DNA of 64,000 bases from Sulfolobales archaeon HS-7 (GTDB lineage: Archaea; Thermoproteota; Thermoprotei_A; Sulfolobales; Sulfolobaceae), in NCBI GenBank assembly GCA_019704295.1, contig AP024596.1, positions 1,792,001-1,856,000 on the forward strand. Direction: 5' to 3'. Position 1 is the first letter of the stretch, and each line of letters opens with the position of its first letter. This document shows, piece by piece, positions 10,694 through 20,780 of this stretch. The notes under the pieces are model-generated. The model made no database searches and was not told the DNA's origin. It saw only the letters and a program-made list of their open reading frames with translations. The position numbers were made by a program, and so were the translations under genes.

Positions 10694-11137
10694 GTGTCTC
10701 AACAAGCTATTTCTCTTGAGGAAGTGTTAGCAGCCGCAGAACAACTTAAAGCGTATATTGAGAATTTACAGAATGTCCTTAATGAATTGGGGGAAAGACT
10801 AGAGTCCATTACCTCCTCTAAGGAGGCAATAGCCGCTATTCCCAACAAAACCGATTACATAGTGTCTCTGGATAAGAGAGGATATGCTCTAGCTAAAGTT
10901 ACTGGGTTTAATATAGATAAGATCTACGTTTACTTAGGACTTAACTATTATGCCTTTGCCCAACCACAAGACGTCATTAAGTTGTTAGATAGGGAGGAAG
11001 AAGATGTAAAGAAGTCCATAGAATCAGTGCAGGGGGAACTAGCTAAGGCAGTAAATGAATACAATAGAATCAGTGCAATTCTTCAGCAGGCTAGAGAGAG
11101 TTTGGACTCAGAAGAAGAAGAACCGAAAGGTGCCTAG
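10694..11137 (+). CDS. pfdA: Prefoldin alpha subunit
   Basis: Coiled coils around a DKIYVYLGLNYY hairpin; conserved position before ftsY. Confidence 0.9.
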   Translation: MSQQAISLEEVLAAAEQLKAYIENLQNVLNELGERLESITSSKEAIAAIPNKTDYIVSLDKRGYALAKVTGFNIDKIYVYLGLNYYAFAQPQDVIKLLDREEEDVKKSIESVQGELAKAVNEYNRISAILQQARESLDSEEEEPKGA

Positions 11138-11139
11138 TT

Positions 11140-12109
11140 TTGTTTCGATAAAATAAAGAAAGCCTTTTCTAGATTTTCTGATTCGATAAGGAAAGACGAT
11201 ACAAAAGAAGAGAATAGTGTACCACAAGATAGCAGAGGAGTTTTCGATTTTATTAGATACAGAGAAATTAATAGTGATAAAATAGATTCTACAATAGATG
11301 AAATAAAGGAAGAACTGATCGAGAGTGACATAACATTAGACACTTTGGAGGTAATAAGTAACAGATTAAAGTCTGAACTAGTGGGAAAAAAAGTAAAAAG
11401 AGGAAGCGAAAGCGAAATAATTATATCATCATTAAGAAACGTTGTAAAAACGATCCTTGAGAGGAGCACGTCCACTGAAGACCTTTTAGAGAAAATAAAG
11501 AATTCGCAGAGACCGTTTGTGATTATGTTTTTTGGTGCAAACGGTGTAGGGAAGACAACAACAATAGCTAAGGTCGCTTATCTGCTAAAGAAAAATGGTA
11601 TGACATCCTTAATAGCCGCTACTGACACGTTTAGAGCAGCTGCACAGGAACAGTTAGAGTATCATGCTAATAAGTTAGAAGTACCTCTCATTAAGGGTAA
11701 ATACGGGGGAGATCCATCAGCCGTCGCATTCGATGCTGTAGCTTCCGCTAAAGCTCGAAGATATGACGTTGTATTAATTGATACCGCAGGTAGAATGCAT
11801 AACGATAAGGACCTAATTGAGGAGTTGCGAAGGATGGTTAAAATAGTCCAACCGCAAGAGAAAATATTAATAATAGACTCACTGGCGGGCTATGACGCTT
11901 TGGAACAGGTAAAAGCTTACGACAGGGCAATTAATTTCACTGGACTGATCGTGACCAAAGCCGACGCAGATGTAAAGGGAGGAATAATTCTTTCTATAGC
12001 TGCAGAGTTGGCAAAACCTATATATTATCTTGGGATAGGTCAGGATTATAATGATTTAGTAAAATTTTCTCCTGAATGGTTAATACCTAAGCTACTCCCA
12101 AATAATTAG
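11140..12109 (+). CDS. ftsY: SRP receptor FtsY; N-terminus has no in-frame start (TTG 11140 is one base out of frame)
   Basis: GANGVGKTT, DTFRAAA, DTAGR, TKAD; frame open from 11138 (FCFDKIKKAF...), 69 codons upstream of the track start. Confidence 0.95.
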
Positions 12110-12140
12110 ATTTTTATAACTTACGGTAAATATTAATTAT

Positions 12141-12335
12141 ATGGCAGAGCAGGGTGGGGATCTTAAGAAATACTTCAGTGGGTTAAGGGACGGATGGAAA
12201 AGGATATTATCAGTATCAAAGAAACCAGATAGAAAGGAATTTTCATTTGATCTGAAGATAACTCTGTTAGCAATAGCGGTTGTTGGGATTATAGCATACC
12301 TAATTCAATTAGGTCTTTCCCTAGTTTTTGGGTGA
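12141..12335 (+). CDS. secE: Protein translocase SecE/Sec61-gamma
   Basis: WKRILSVSKKPDRKEF plus a TM helix. Confidence 0.9.
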   Translation: MAEQGGDLKKYFSGLRDGWKRILSVSKKPDRKEFSFDLKITLLAIAVVGIIAYLIQLGLSLVFG

Positions 12336-12801
12336 GCTTTTGGAGAGAACTAAGGCAAGTAATTTTTACGCTATAAAGGTAACCGCTGGTCAGGAAATAA
12401 ACGTTGCATTAATGATAGAGGAAAGGGCGAAATTACAAGGAGAAGTTAACATATATTCTGTGATTATTCCCCCCAATCTAAAGGGATATGTAATTGTTGA
12501 AGCAACAGGCCTTCATGTAATAAAGCCGATAATAGCTGGAATACGATATGTTAAAGGATTGGTTCCAGGCATGCTTACCGACGCAGACATCTCACAGTTT
12601 CTTGAAAAGAAAACAGTTCAACATGGTTACAAGGCCGGCGATATGGTAGAGATAATAGCAGGTCCGTTTAAGGGAATGGAAGCACAGGTTGTAAGAGTGG
12701 AGACGAGCAAAGACGAAGTGATGCTCACAGTTCTTGAATCCGCATATCCGCTTCAGGTTACGGTACCCACAGATTATATTAGGCCCTCTAAGAAAAAATA
12801 G
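12328..12801 (+). CDS. spt5: Transcription elongation factor Spt5/NusG
   Basis: YAIKVTAGQE, KGYVIVEA, KOW GDMVEIIAGPFKG. Confidence 0.95.
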   Translation: MGELLERTKASNFYAIKVTAGQEINVALMIEERAKLQGEVNIYSVIIPPNLKGYVIVEATGLHVIKPIIAGIRYVKGLVPGMLTDADISQFLEKKTVQHGYKAGDMVEIIAGPFKGMEAQVVRVETSKDEVMLTVLESAYPLQVTVPTDYIRPSKKK

Positions 12802-12811
12802 TTGAACAAAG

Positions 12812-13321
12812 TTGGTAATGAAGACTCTAAAGTTTACGGTAGAAGGTGGTCAGGCTAGGCCTGGTCCCCCATTAGGCCCCACGTTGTCACAAATGGGTAT
12901 AAATGTTGCAGAGGCCGTGAAGAGAATAAACGACGTTACAGCCGACTTCAAGGGGATGACGGTTCCTGTAACGCTTGAAATAGATACCGATACTAAGAAG
13001 TATGAGGTAAAGGTTGGTATTCCTACAACTACTGCCCTTCTACTTAAGGCTGCGGGAGCACAAACACCATCTGGAGACCCAGCACATAAAAAAATTGGAA
13101 ACATATCTCTGAAGGACGTAGTTAACGTAGCGATAACGAAGAAGGATTCTCTAACGGCCAAGACGCTAGAGGGTGCTGTAATAACTATTCTGAGCTCTGC
13201 AGCCACTATAGGATTAACAGTTGAAAATGAGGAACCTAAAAAAGTTATTTCAGATATCTATAATAATAAGTACAGCGAAATGCTAAAAGAGTTTCAAAGT
13301 AAATGGGGTAACTCGTCATGA
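12812..13321 (+). CDS. rpl11: 50S ribosomal protein L11
   Basis: VEGGQARPGPPLGPTL, GIPTTTALL. Confidence 0.95.
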   Translation: MVMKTLKFTVEGGQARPGPPLGPTLSQMGINVAEAVKRINDVTADFKGMTVPVTLEIDTDTKKYEVKVGIPTTTALLLKAAGAQTPSGDPAHKKIGNISLKDVVNVAITKKDSLTAKTLEGAVITILSSAATIGLTVENEEPKKVISDIYNNKYSEMLKEFQSKWGNSS

Positions 13322-13968
13322 TGTTTGATGAGGGTAATGTTAAGAAAGCAATAGAGCAGGCATTATCACGGGAAAATAATCCCGAGAGGAAATACTTACA
13401 ATCGGTGCAAATTGACGTAGTACTTAAGGATATAGATATGAAGAAAGGTGAGGTAAAACTAAGAGAATCAGTAGTTTTACCTAATAGACCCTCTAAAGAG
13501 AGAAGAGTATTTGTTATTCCTACCATAGAACAACTTGAGAAAGTTAAGGAGTCTAAACCCGCTACGATTATGACAAAGGACGAGCTTCAGAAACTCCAAG
13601 GAAACAAAAAGGTGGCAAAGAAAATTGCAGCTAGACATGAGTGGTTTTTGATAGCTCAAGACTCAATGGCATTAGCCGGTAGGGTGTTAGGACCTGCATT
13701 GGGGCCTAGAGGTAAATTTCCTATTCCAGTACCGGGTAACGCTGAAATGAGTGAATTAGTAGATAGGTATAAAAAGTCAACTATAGTGAAAACGAAAGAT
13801 CAGCCTCACATTCAAGTTTTCGTGGGAACAGAAAACCAAAGCGTTAACGAACTTTACGGAAATATTGAGGCGGTTATGAATGTTATTGAGAGCAAGATAA
13901 GAGTAGAGTTTATAAAACTACTTTACGTGAAGACGGACATGGGTAAACCACAGGTGATAAGGAAATGA
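13318..13968 (+). CDS. rpl1: 50S ribosomal protein L1
   Basis: GRVLGPALGPRGKFP, VKTDMGKP. Confidence 0.95.
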   Translation: MMFDEGNVKKAIEQALSRENNPERKYLQSVQIDVVLKDIDMKKGEVKLRESVVLPNRPSKERRVFVIPTIEQLEKVKESKPATIMTKDELQKLQGNKKVAKKIAARHEWFLIAQDSMALAGRVLGPALGPRGKFPIPVPGNAEMSELVDRYKKSTIVKTKDQPHIQVFVGTENQSVNELYGNIEAVMNVIESKIRVEFIKLLYVKTDMGKPQVIRK

Positions 13969-14954
13969 TGACTGAGAAGAAAATTCCTAAATGGAAGCTT
14001 GAAGAGGTAAATGAGCTAGAAAAACTTCTAAAAGAAAACAAGGGATTTATAATCGCTTCGGTGGAAAGTTTTCCTGCAGATAAACTACACGACATTAGAC
14101 GAAGGTTAAGGGGAAGGGCTTTACTTAAGGTAACTAAGAATAGTCTAATGGATATAGCATTAGAGGAAGCGGGGATTAAGAATGAGGAGATCCGGAAATA
14201 TTTAACAGGTCCTAACGTAATTATATTTACTAGCGAGAATCCGTTCCTCTTAGATTTGGAGTTATCGAAGAATAAGCTCAGGAAATTCGCTGTGGGAGGA
14301 GAGAATGCTGATGAGGACGTAATCCTGCCGGCAGGAGATACAGGTATAGCGGCAGGTCCTATGTTAAGCGTTTTTGGGAAACTGAAAATCCAGACTAAAG
14401 TTCAAGACGGAAAAATACATATAGCTAAAGATACGGTAATTGCGAAAAAAGGGGAGAAAATACCTCAGGAGATAACTCCGATTTTACAGAAGCTTGGTAT
14501 TCAGCCTGTATACATTCAACTTAAAATTAAGGGTGCTTACTACGAAGACATAGTAATTAACGGAGAAAATCTGCACCTTAATATCGATGATTATAGAATG
14601 AACGTTATAAGCGCACATCTATTCGGGAAGCAACTGGCAGTAGAAATTTCCTATCCTGCGCCAGAGGTATTAGACGAAATTATACTGATAGATGTAAGAA
14701 GGGCGATTAGCCTAGCTTCAGAATTGGGTTACGTGACGCCTGAAACAGTTCGACCTATCCTGGTTAATAGCGCTGTTAGGGCCATGGTACTAGCGTCTTC
14801 AATTAGTAATAAGGTCGACTTAGGAATTGAACTAGCAAAACCACAGGAGAAAAAGGAAGAGAAGAAGGAGGAACAGGAAAAGAAACCCGAAGAGGAGAAG
14901 AAAGGTCCCAGTGAAGAGGAAATAGCAGGGGGACTTGCGAGCCTCTTCGGATAA
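13965..14954 (+). CDS. rpl10: 50S ribosomal protein L10 (P0)
   Basis: KVTKNSL, PAGDTGIAAGP, acidic tail ending GLASLFG. Confidence 0.95.
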   Translation: MMTEKKIPKWKLEEVNELEKLLKENKGFIIASVESFPADKLHDIRRRLRGRALLKVTKNSLMDIALEEAGIKNEEIRKYLTGPNVIIFTSENPFLLDLELSKNKLRKFAVGGENADEDVILPAGDTGIAAGPMLSVFGKLKIQTKVQDGKIHIAKDTVIAKKGEKIPQEITPILQKLGIQPVYIQLKIKGAYYEDIVINGENLHLNIDDYRMNVISAHLFGKQLAVEISYPAPEVLDEIILIDVRRAISLASELGYVTPETVRPILVNSAVRAMVLASSISNKVDLGIELAKPQEKKEEKKEEQEKKPEEEKKGPSEEEIAGGLASLFG

Positions 14955-15320
14955 AAGACTTTTTAAGAGAGTATGTAATGAAAAATAGGTAGGTGTAATA
15001 TATGGAGTACATATACGCTAGTTTACTGTTACATTCTGCTAAGAAGGAAATAAGTGAGGAGTCCCTGAAAAACGTTCTTTCAGCTGCGGGGATTACTGTT
15101 GACGAAGTAAGAATAAAAGCTTTGGTAGCTGCTCTTAAGGAAGTAAATATAGACGAAGTTCTAAAGAATGCAACGGCAATGCCAGTAGCAGTGGCACAGG
15201 CAGCGCCTGCACAGGAGAAAAAGGAAGAGAAGAAGGAGGAACAGGAAAAGAAACCCGAAGAGGAGAAGAAAGGTCCCAGTGAAGAGGAAATAGCAGGGGG
15301 ACTTGCGAGCCTCTTCGGAT
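14842..15320 (+). repeat. 111-bp perfect direct repeat (14842-14952 = 15210-15320) encoding the shared L10/L12 C-terminus
   Basis: Base-by-base identity including synonymous positions. Confidence 0.95.
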
Positions 15321-15322
15321 GA
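15002..15322 (+). CDS. rpl12: 50S ribosomal protein L12 (P1)
   Basis: [20 protein letters not shown]...GLASLFG. Confidence 0.97.
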   Translation: MEYIYASLLLHSAKKEISEESLKNVLSAAGITVDEVRIKALVAALKEVNIDEVLKNATAMPVAVAQAAPAQEKKEEKKEEQEKKPEEEKKGPSEEEIAGGLASLFG

Positions 15323-15365
15323 AAACACTTAAAGATTTTTAGACGTTTTTAAAAACTGATAACTA

Positions 15366-18053
15366 ATGGAACAACGTGAGTATAGACTATCTTTCTTTGA
15401 CAGGAATAATTACATAAGAAGGGCGTGTGTTTCGTGTGGTACTCCTTTTTGGAGCAAGGGAAATAACGATAAATGTGCCGACACGCCCTGTACTAATTAC
15501 TACTTTTTCGATATGGAACTAAACACCCCGAAACTTAATGTTAAGCAGTCGAGGGAATTATTCATTAATTTCTTTAAACGTAAAGGGCACACCTACATTT
15601 CTCCAAGGCCAGTATTAGCTAGATGGAGGGAGGATCTCTATCTCACCATTGCCAGCATAGTTGTGTTTCAGCCTCATGTGACAAGTGGATTAGTAGAACC
15701 CCCAGCAAATCCGCTGGTTATTTCTCAGCCATCAATAAGACTAGACGATATAGACAACGTTGGTGTTACATTTGGAAGACATTTGACAACTTTTGAAATG
15801 GCAGCCCATCACGCGTTCAATTACCCTGATAAATACGTATACTGGAAGGATGAAACAGTCGAGTATGCTAAGGAGTTCTTCACTGAAGAAATGAAGATCC
15901 CTGAGGAAATGCTAAACTTTAAGGAATCCTGGTGGGAAGGTGGTGGTAATGCGGGTCCGTGTTTTGAGGTTACTGTTGGAGGATTAGAGTTAGCTACTCT
16001 AGTGTTCATACAGTATAGGAAGAATGGAGATAATTATGAACCTCTTCCCCTAAAAATAGTTGACACCGGCTATGGAGTGGAAAGAATAGCTTGGTTCTCG
16101 CAGAGATCTCCTACCGCATTTCATGCAATTTACGGAGAATTAGTTGCCAAATTCTTTGATAAGATTGGGATATCTCCTCCTAACGAGGAGATTCTGAGGA
16201 AAGCCTCATATTACGCCGGCCAAATCGATACCGAGAACCCAGAAACGTTACAAAGGCATTTCAGGATGGTGGCAGAATCCTTAAAACTCGATACAAATCA
16301 GGTAAGGCAAGAACTTGAGACTTCCTCCAGAGTCTTTCAGGTTTTAGACCACACTAAGACCGTTGCTATGATGTTAGGAGATGGTTTAGTTCCGTCAAAT
16401 ACCGGTGAAGGTTATTTAGGACGATTAGTTATAAGAAGGGTTTTAAAGGTTCTTAGGCTCCTGAGATCATCCGTTGACCTACTTGATTTAATTAAAACAC
16501 AGATCGATTACTGGAAGGACGATTTCCCCCAGTTAAGCAAAAATAGGAACTACATTATCGATGCGGTAAGTAGCGAAGTTGAGAAGTTTGAGGAGGCATT
16601 GAGTAATGTAAACTCTGCTATATCTCTCCTTAAAAGAGAGGGGGGAAAGTCCCTAATAAAAATATATGATTCCTTCGGTATCCCCCCTGAAATCCTCGCC
16701 GAAGAGGCATCAAAGAGAGGAATGAAGGTTGAAATTCCTCGTGATTTTTACGCTAGGGTAGCAAAGATTCATGGAAACGCGCCGTTAAAATCGTTCCAAT
16801 CAGAAAAATTGCCACGGGAAGTAATAGAGGACGTTAGGAACTTGCCTAAGACAGAACTTCTTTACTATACCGATCCATATCTTAGGACCTTTTTTGGGAA
16901 AGTAATATGGAGTAACGGAAAATATGTTGTAATGGACAGAACAGTCTTTTACCCTGAGGGGGGTGGTCAGCTAGGTGATCAGGGAATTATTATGGACGAA
17001 AATAACGAATACAAGGTCCTAGATACCCAAGCAGTTGACGGCGTCGTGGTTCATATCCTTGAAAGTGGAACGATAAAACCTGGTTCTACCGTAAAAGGTA
17101 CAATAGATTGGGAAAGAAGGTATAGACTAATGAGGCATCATACTACGACGCATATAGTTTTGGCTGCGGCGAAAAAGATTCTTGGTTCCCATGTATGGCA
17201 AGCAGGCGCTGAGAAAAGGCCTGATAAAGCTAGACTTGACATAACCCATTTCAGAATGCCTACGACGGAAGAAATCCAAAGTATAGAGGAATCCGCTAAT
17301 AAAATAGTGCTGGATAGAAGAGATGTTACTCCTTTAGTTATAAACAAAAATGAGGCTGAAGCAAAATACGGTTTTGATATATATGAGGGAGGACCTCAAC
17401 TTAGGAGGGATCTTAGGCTAATAGAGGTAAGAGATTGGGATATAGAGGCGTGCGGAGGAACTCATGTCAAAAACACAAGTGAAATAGGGGGGATAAAAAT
17501 TGTCAATGTTGATAAAATACAGGATGGTATTATACGATTAGAGTACGTCGCGGGAGACATCGTATCTAAATACGCATTAAGCCTCGAAAATAGACTAAAT
17601 AAGATAGCAACGCTTCTTAATACTTCTCCCTCTGAAGTTGAAGAAAGACTTACGTCATATCTCAAAAGGACTTCTGAAAATGACAGAGTGTTAAGGGAAT
17701 ACCGGACGATGTTTGTAAGGAACCTAGAAAACACTTTAAGACCTGAGATCATTAACGATAAGCGGTTATACATTATTCCAGAACTTCCCGAGGAGTCAAT
17801 TCTACAAGATATTATGAGAAAGATCACTACTAATCCGAAGACCTTAGTGGTCTACTTTAGAGAGAGTAATAACGCGACAAGGGTGGAAATAGCCTGTTCC
17901 AGCGATCTCAATGTAGAGGCAGTAATCGCAGAGTTGATAAGAAAGTTCAATGGAAGAGGAGGTGGAAAAGGAACTAAAGGACAAGTAGTGACAAATGTTG
18001 CAGGAAAAGATAAAGCTATCCAGGAAATTAAGGGAATCCTATACCGATTATAA
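15366..18053 (+). CDS. alaS: Alanine-tRNA ligase
   Basis: WEGGGNAGPCFEV, DTGYGVER, FYPEGGGQ, editing HTTTH...ACGGTH. Confidence 0.97.
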   Translation: MEQREYRLSFFDRNNYIRRACVSCGTPFWSKGNNDKCADTPCTNYYFFDMELNTPKLNVKQSRELFINFFKRKGHTYISPRPVLARWREDLYLTIASIVVFQPHVTSGLVEPPANPLVISQPSIRLDDIDNVGVTFGRHLTTFEMAAHHAFNYPDKYVYWKDETVEYAKEFFTEEMKIPEEMLNFKESWWEGGGNAGPCFEVTVGGLELATLVFIQYRKNGDNYEPLPLKIVDTGYGVERIAWFSQRSPTAFHAIYGELVAKFFDKIGISPPNEEILRKASYYAGQIDTENPETLQRHFRMVAESLKLDTNQVRQELETSSRVFQVLDHTKTVAMMLGDGLVPSNTGEGYLGRLVIRRVLKVLRLLRSSVDLLDLIKTQIDYWKDDFPQLSKNRNYIIDAVSSEVEKFEEALSNVNSAISLLKREGGKSLIKIYDSFGIPPEILAEEASKRGMKVEIPRDFYARVAKIHGNAPLKSFQSEKLPREVIEDVRNLPKTELLYYTDPYLRTFFGKVIWSNGKYVVMDRTVFYPEGGGQLGDQGIIMDENNEYKVLDTQAVDGVVVHILESGTIKPGSTVKGTIDWERRYRLMRHHTTTHIVLAAAKKILGSHVWQAGAEKRPDKARLDITHFRMPTTEEIQSIEESANKIVLDRRDVTPLVINKNEAEAKYGFDIYEGGPQLRRDLRLIEVRDWDIEACGGTHVKNTSEIGGIKIVNVDKIQDGIIRLEYVAGDIVSKYALSLENRLNKIATLLNTSPSEVEERLTSYLKRTSENDRVLREYRTMFVRNLENTLRPEIINDKRLYIIPELPEESILQDIMRKITTNPKTLVVYFRESNNATRVEIACSSDLNVEAVIAELIRKFNGRGGGKGTKGQVVTNVAGKDKAIQEIKGILYRL

Positions 18054-18618
18054 GTATCTACTTAACAGGGGATATAAAAGGGAATTAGCACTAAGGGTGG
18101 TCACAGACAGGTACACTCTTACGTCAGAGGAAAGATTAATTCTATATAGATGTACACATTCGGATTATGAAATATATCAAATAAGGGCAAAGTTACGAGA
18201 CTCTAATGTAGTTGTAGTAGACGGGTTTAATATAGCCTCAATTATCATTAACTTAATAAAAGGAGATGATGTATACGAATGCGATGATGGATTCCCTCGC
18301 GATAAGTCGTTAGGCAAATATAAGGGAGAATCAAATTTGGTGATAGATGCAATAATTCTATTGGCCGAGGAGCTAGGACGTCAATTGATAATATACTTTG
18401 ACTATCCCGTTAGTAGAAGCGGAGAAATTGCATCAGGTTTAAGAAAAAAGGGAATCTTAGCGGAGGCAGTTAATAGCGTTGACAAGAAATTAATAGAATC
18501 TAATATACCTGTTTTATCTACTGATTTCGTAGTATTGATTAAAACTCAGTATTTATTTAATCCGTTTCCTTTTCTGTTAAAAAAATGGGGTTTTTCTTTA
18601 TTTAGCTTATTTGATTAA
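17995..18618 (+). CDS. DUF434 family protein (PIN-like)
   Basis: DYKYLLNRGY, VDGFN, CDDGFPRD, DYPVSRSG. Confidence 0.8.
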   Translation: MLQEKIKLSRKLRESYTDYKYLLNRGYKRELALRVVTDRYTLTSEERLILYRCTHSDYEIYQIRAKLRDSNVVVVDGFNIASIIINLIKGDDVYECDDGFPRDKSLGKYKGESNLVIDAIILLAEELGRQLIIYFDYPVSRSGEIASGLRKKGILAEAVNSVDKKLIESNIPVLSTDFVVLIKTQYLFNPFPFLLKKWGFSLFSLFD

Positions 18619-19025
18619 TCTCTATATATTATTTTTAACCATAATAAAGTGGTGAGAATTATGAGGATAATATTCAGTATAGCAGCAGGAATCACTATTG
18701 AGCTGGGCGGAAGTGGTTGATTTAGTAGAGGTCCAGAAACCTTAAATGCAAAAAACAAAAGAAGGGAATTTATTACATAAAGCGTGAAAATAATAGGTAT
18801 CAATCTTCTTGTACCACTTAATATTTCATACGCTGCGAATAAGTAAAGTGCAGAAGCGAATCCAAAATACTCTGCATACTCCGCGAATACGAAAGAATAA
18901 TGGCCTGTTACTGAGGCGGCAAACGTCGCAGCACCATATCCAACATAAAAATGATAAATGGCCCAGCTAACAGAAAATACACCTAATGCATACCTTAGGA
19001 ATCTTTCGTTCAAGGTTTCTAACAT
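18615..19025 (-). CDS. Hypothetical 4-TM membrane protein
   Basis: Four hydrophobic segments; His in TM1. Confidence 0.7.
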   Translation of the reverse strand: MLETLNERFLRYALGVFSVSWAIYHFYVGYGAATFAASVTGHYSFVFAEYAEYFGFASALYLFAAYEILSGTRRLIPIIFTLYVINSLLLFFAFKVSGPLLNQPLPPSSIVIPAAILNIILIILTTLLWLKIIYRD

Positions 19026-19028
19026 CTG

Positions 19029-19238
19029 TTAACCCCACACGTATCCAGAGGAACTTGATGTTGTAGAAGAGTTTGATGTTGTAGAAGAAACAACTGATGA
19101 AGTCTCCGACGAACTCGTAGCTTGAGCTTTGTGTTGAGGAATTATATTAACCAACGCTGACGTTAACAAGATAACATTAGCAGCAACTACTAACAAAGAA
19201 ACTAATAATAATAACCCTACACCTAATTTCTTTTTCAT
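19029..19238 (-). CDS. Small exported or anchored Ser/Thr-rich protein
   Basis: MKKK plus hydrophobic stretch, S/T-rich tail ending GYVWG; GGTG SD upstream. Confidence 0.65.
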   Translation of the reverse strand: MKKKLGVGLLLLVSLLVVAANVILLTSALVNIIPQHKAQATSSSETSSVVSSTTSNSSTTSSSSGYVWG

Positions 19239-19485
19239 AATGACACCGTGTGATCAGTTGGTAAAAAAATTGATTAAAAATTTTTTGTTATTTATCTTGA
19301 CTGGGTATATCCAGTAATAACTATGCCGATTCAACTTCTAGAATAATATTAGCTGAGATTGAAATATGAAATGAAGCGTTTATGGGTCAACGAGGGGTGG
19401 ATCACCTAGAACTGTAAGGGGCTTGGACTTTATAGGATTTCATATTTCATCTCGATCCTTAGCCCTCGGACTTCATTAAAGTCAC

Positions 19486-20778
19486 GGGACAGTGTCCAAT
19501 GCACAATAAATGTAATCTGCTTTATTAACTAAATTTTTATGAGAAAGACAAATTTAAAGAACTTACATGGAAGGATAATACTTAAGGGGGATTACACCTA
19601 GGTTATACCGTGGTAATGATCTACCAAGACGTAATTCCCCAAGAGTACTTGAGTTGGAAGAGTAAATATCTTTTGGAGTGCGAGCGAATCCTGAGTGAGT
19701 TAGAGGACGTAATTGTTAGCGAGTTCAAGGATCACAAGTTCTCCAAGTATGAACGCGGTCTACTTGAAGATGCTGATCGTGAGGGTACTTTTCGGAGAGT
19801 CGTATAGGGGAGTAATTGAGCTAGCGGTTACCAATGAAGTGGTCAAGGTTTTCCTCAGCGTTAAAGAGGTTCCCTCGAGGTCCTCTTGAACTGGTTTGTG
19901 TACAAGTACGAAGATAGAGTTAGGGATCTACTCCTCAAGGTCTTCAGGAGATTGGAGTCGCGAGTTAACGAGGAGCAACTTCCACCACTTCCTAGCGAAG
20001 GACAAGTTCGGAATGCAAAGGCTGATGGACAGCTTTCCCGTGGAGCTTCCTCACGGGGAGAAGATCGTGGAAACGCACATTGAGAAACTAGTGTTGGATC
20101 TAAGGGAAATTGATCCGAGGAAGAAACCTCATGAAGTGTTTGCGACACTCGATGAGAGGAAAAGGGATCAACTCTTTTCTCATTTCCCTGTAAATTACAC
20201 CCTTAGCGAACATGAGGGTAGCTGGAGGAAGAAGTGGGGGAAAGCCTGGTTCGGGGGGGAAGTGCTTCGCCGAGATCTCGACGAAGACCCTCATGGTTTG
20301 CAAGGTTAAGATAGTTCCGGCCAACGTCTCCGACTTTAAATCTCCCATAAAGCCAAACGTGATCGCGCTTGTGGACAGGGGGTTTGCGGAGAAAGGCAAG
20401 GTGATCAGAGTCAAGAATGGCTTGGGAATACTGAGAGGAGGCGTTAAATTCTTCGGAACTTTCCTCAGAACACGAGGCCTTACGCGAGGAGCATGAGGAG
20501 ATTGAATGTCTTTGCCAGCCTCTTGGGCCTAGCTTACAATATTCAGCGGTTTAGCTCCGCTAGAAAGCGCTGAAATCTCCACTTAAAACCCCGCTAGAGA
20601 AGCTCGTCCCTAGCCTTGATTCTCGAAAGTTTCAAGATTACTTGCAAGTGTACTTAATAAACTGATTTTATATTGTTTCTTCACTAGTAATTAAGCGAAT
20701 TTAATTCTAGACTTACGTGTTTTATAACTTTTTACTTTATTTAGTTATTCACATTAATTACACATTGGACACTGTCTC
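19486..20778 (+). mobile_element. IS5-family element (ISC1234/ISC1290-like), about 1293 bp, transposase disrupted
   Basis: Terminal inverted repeats GGGACAGTGTCCAATG / GAGACAGTGTCCAATG (rc); GC-richer interior with broken transposase frames; family name from recall. Confidence 0.8.
19610..20572 (+). pseudogene. Frameshifted DDE transposase
   Basis: Consecutive fragments 19610-19807, 19886-20083, 19896-20309 and 20212-20496 in different frames (DSFPV..., VPANVSD, VDRGF). Confidence 0.8.
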
Positions 20779-20780
20779 GA

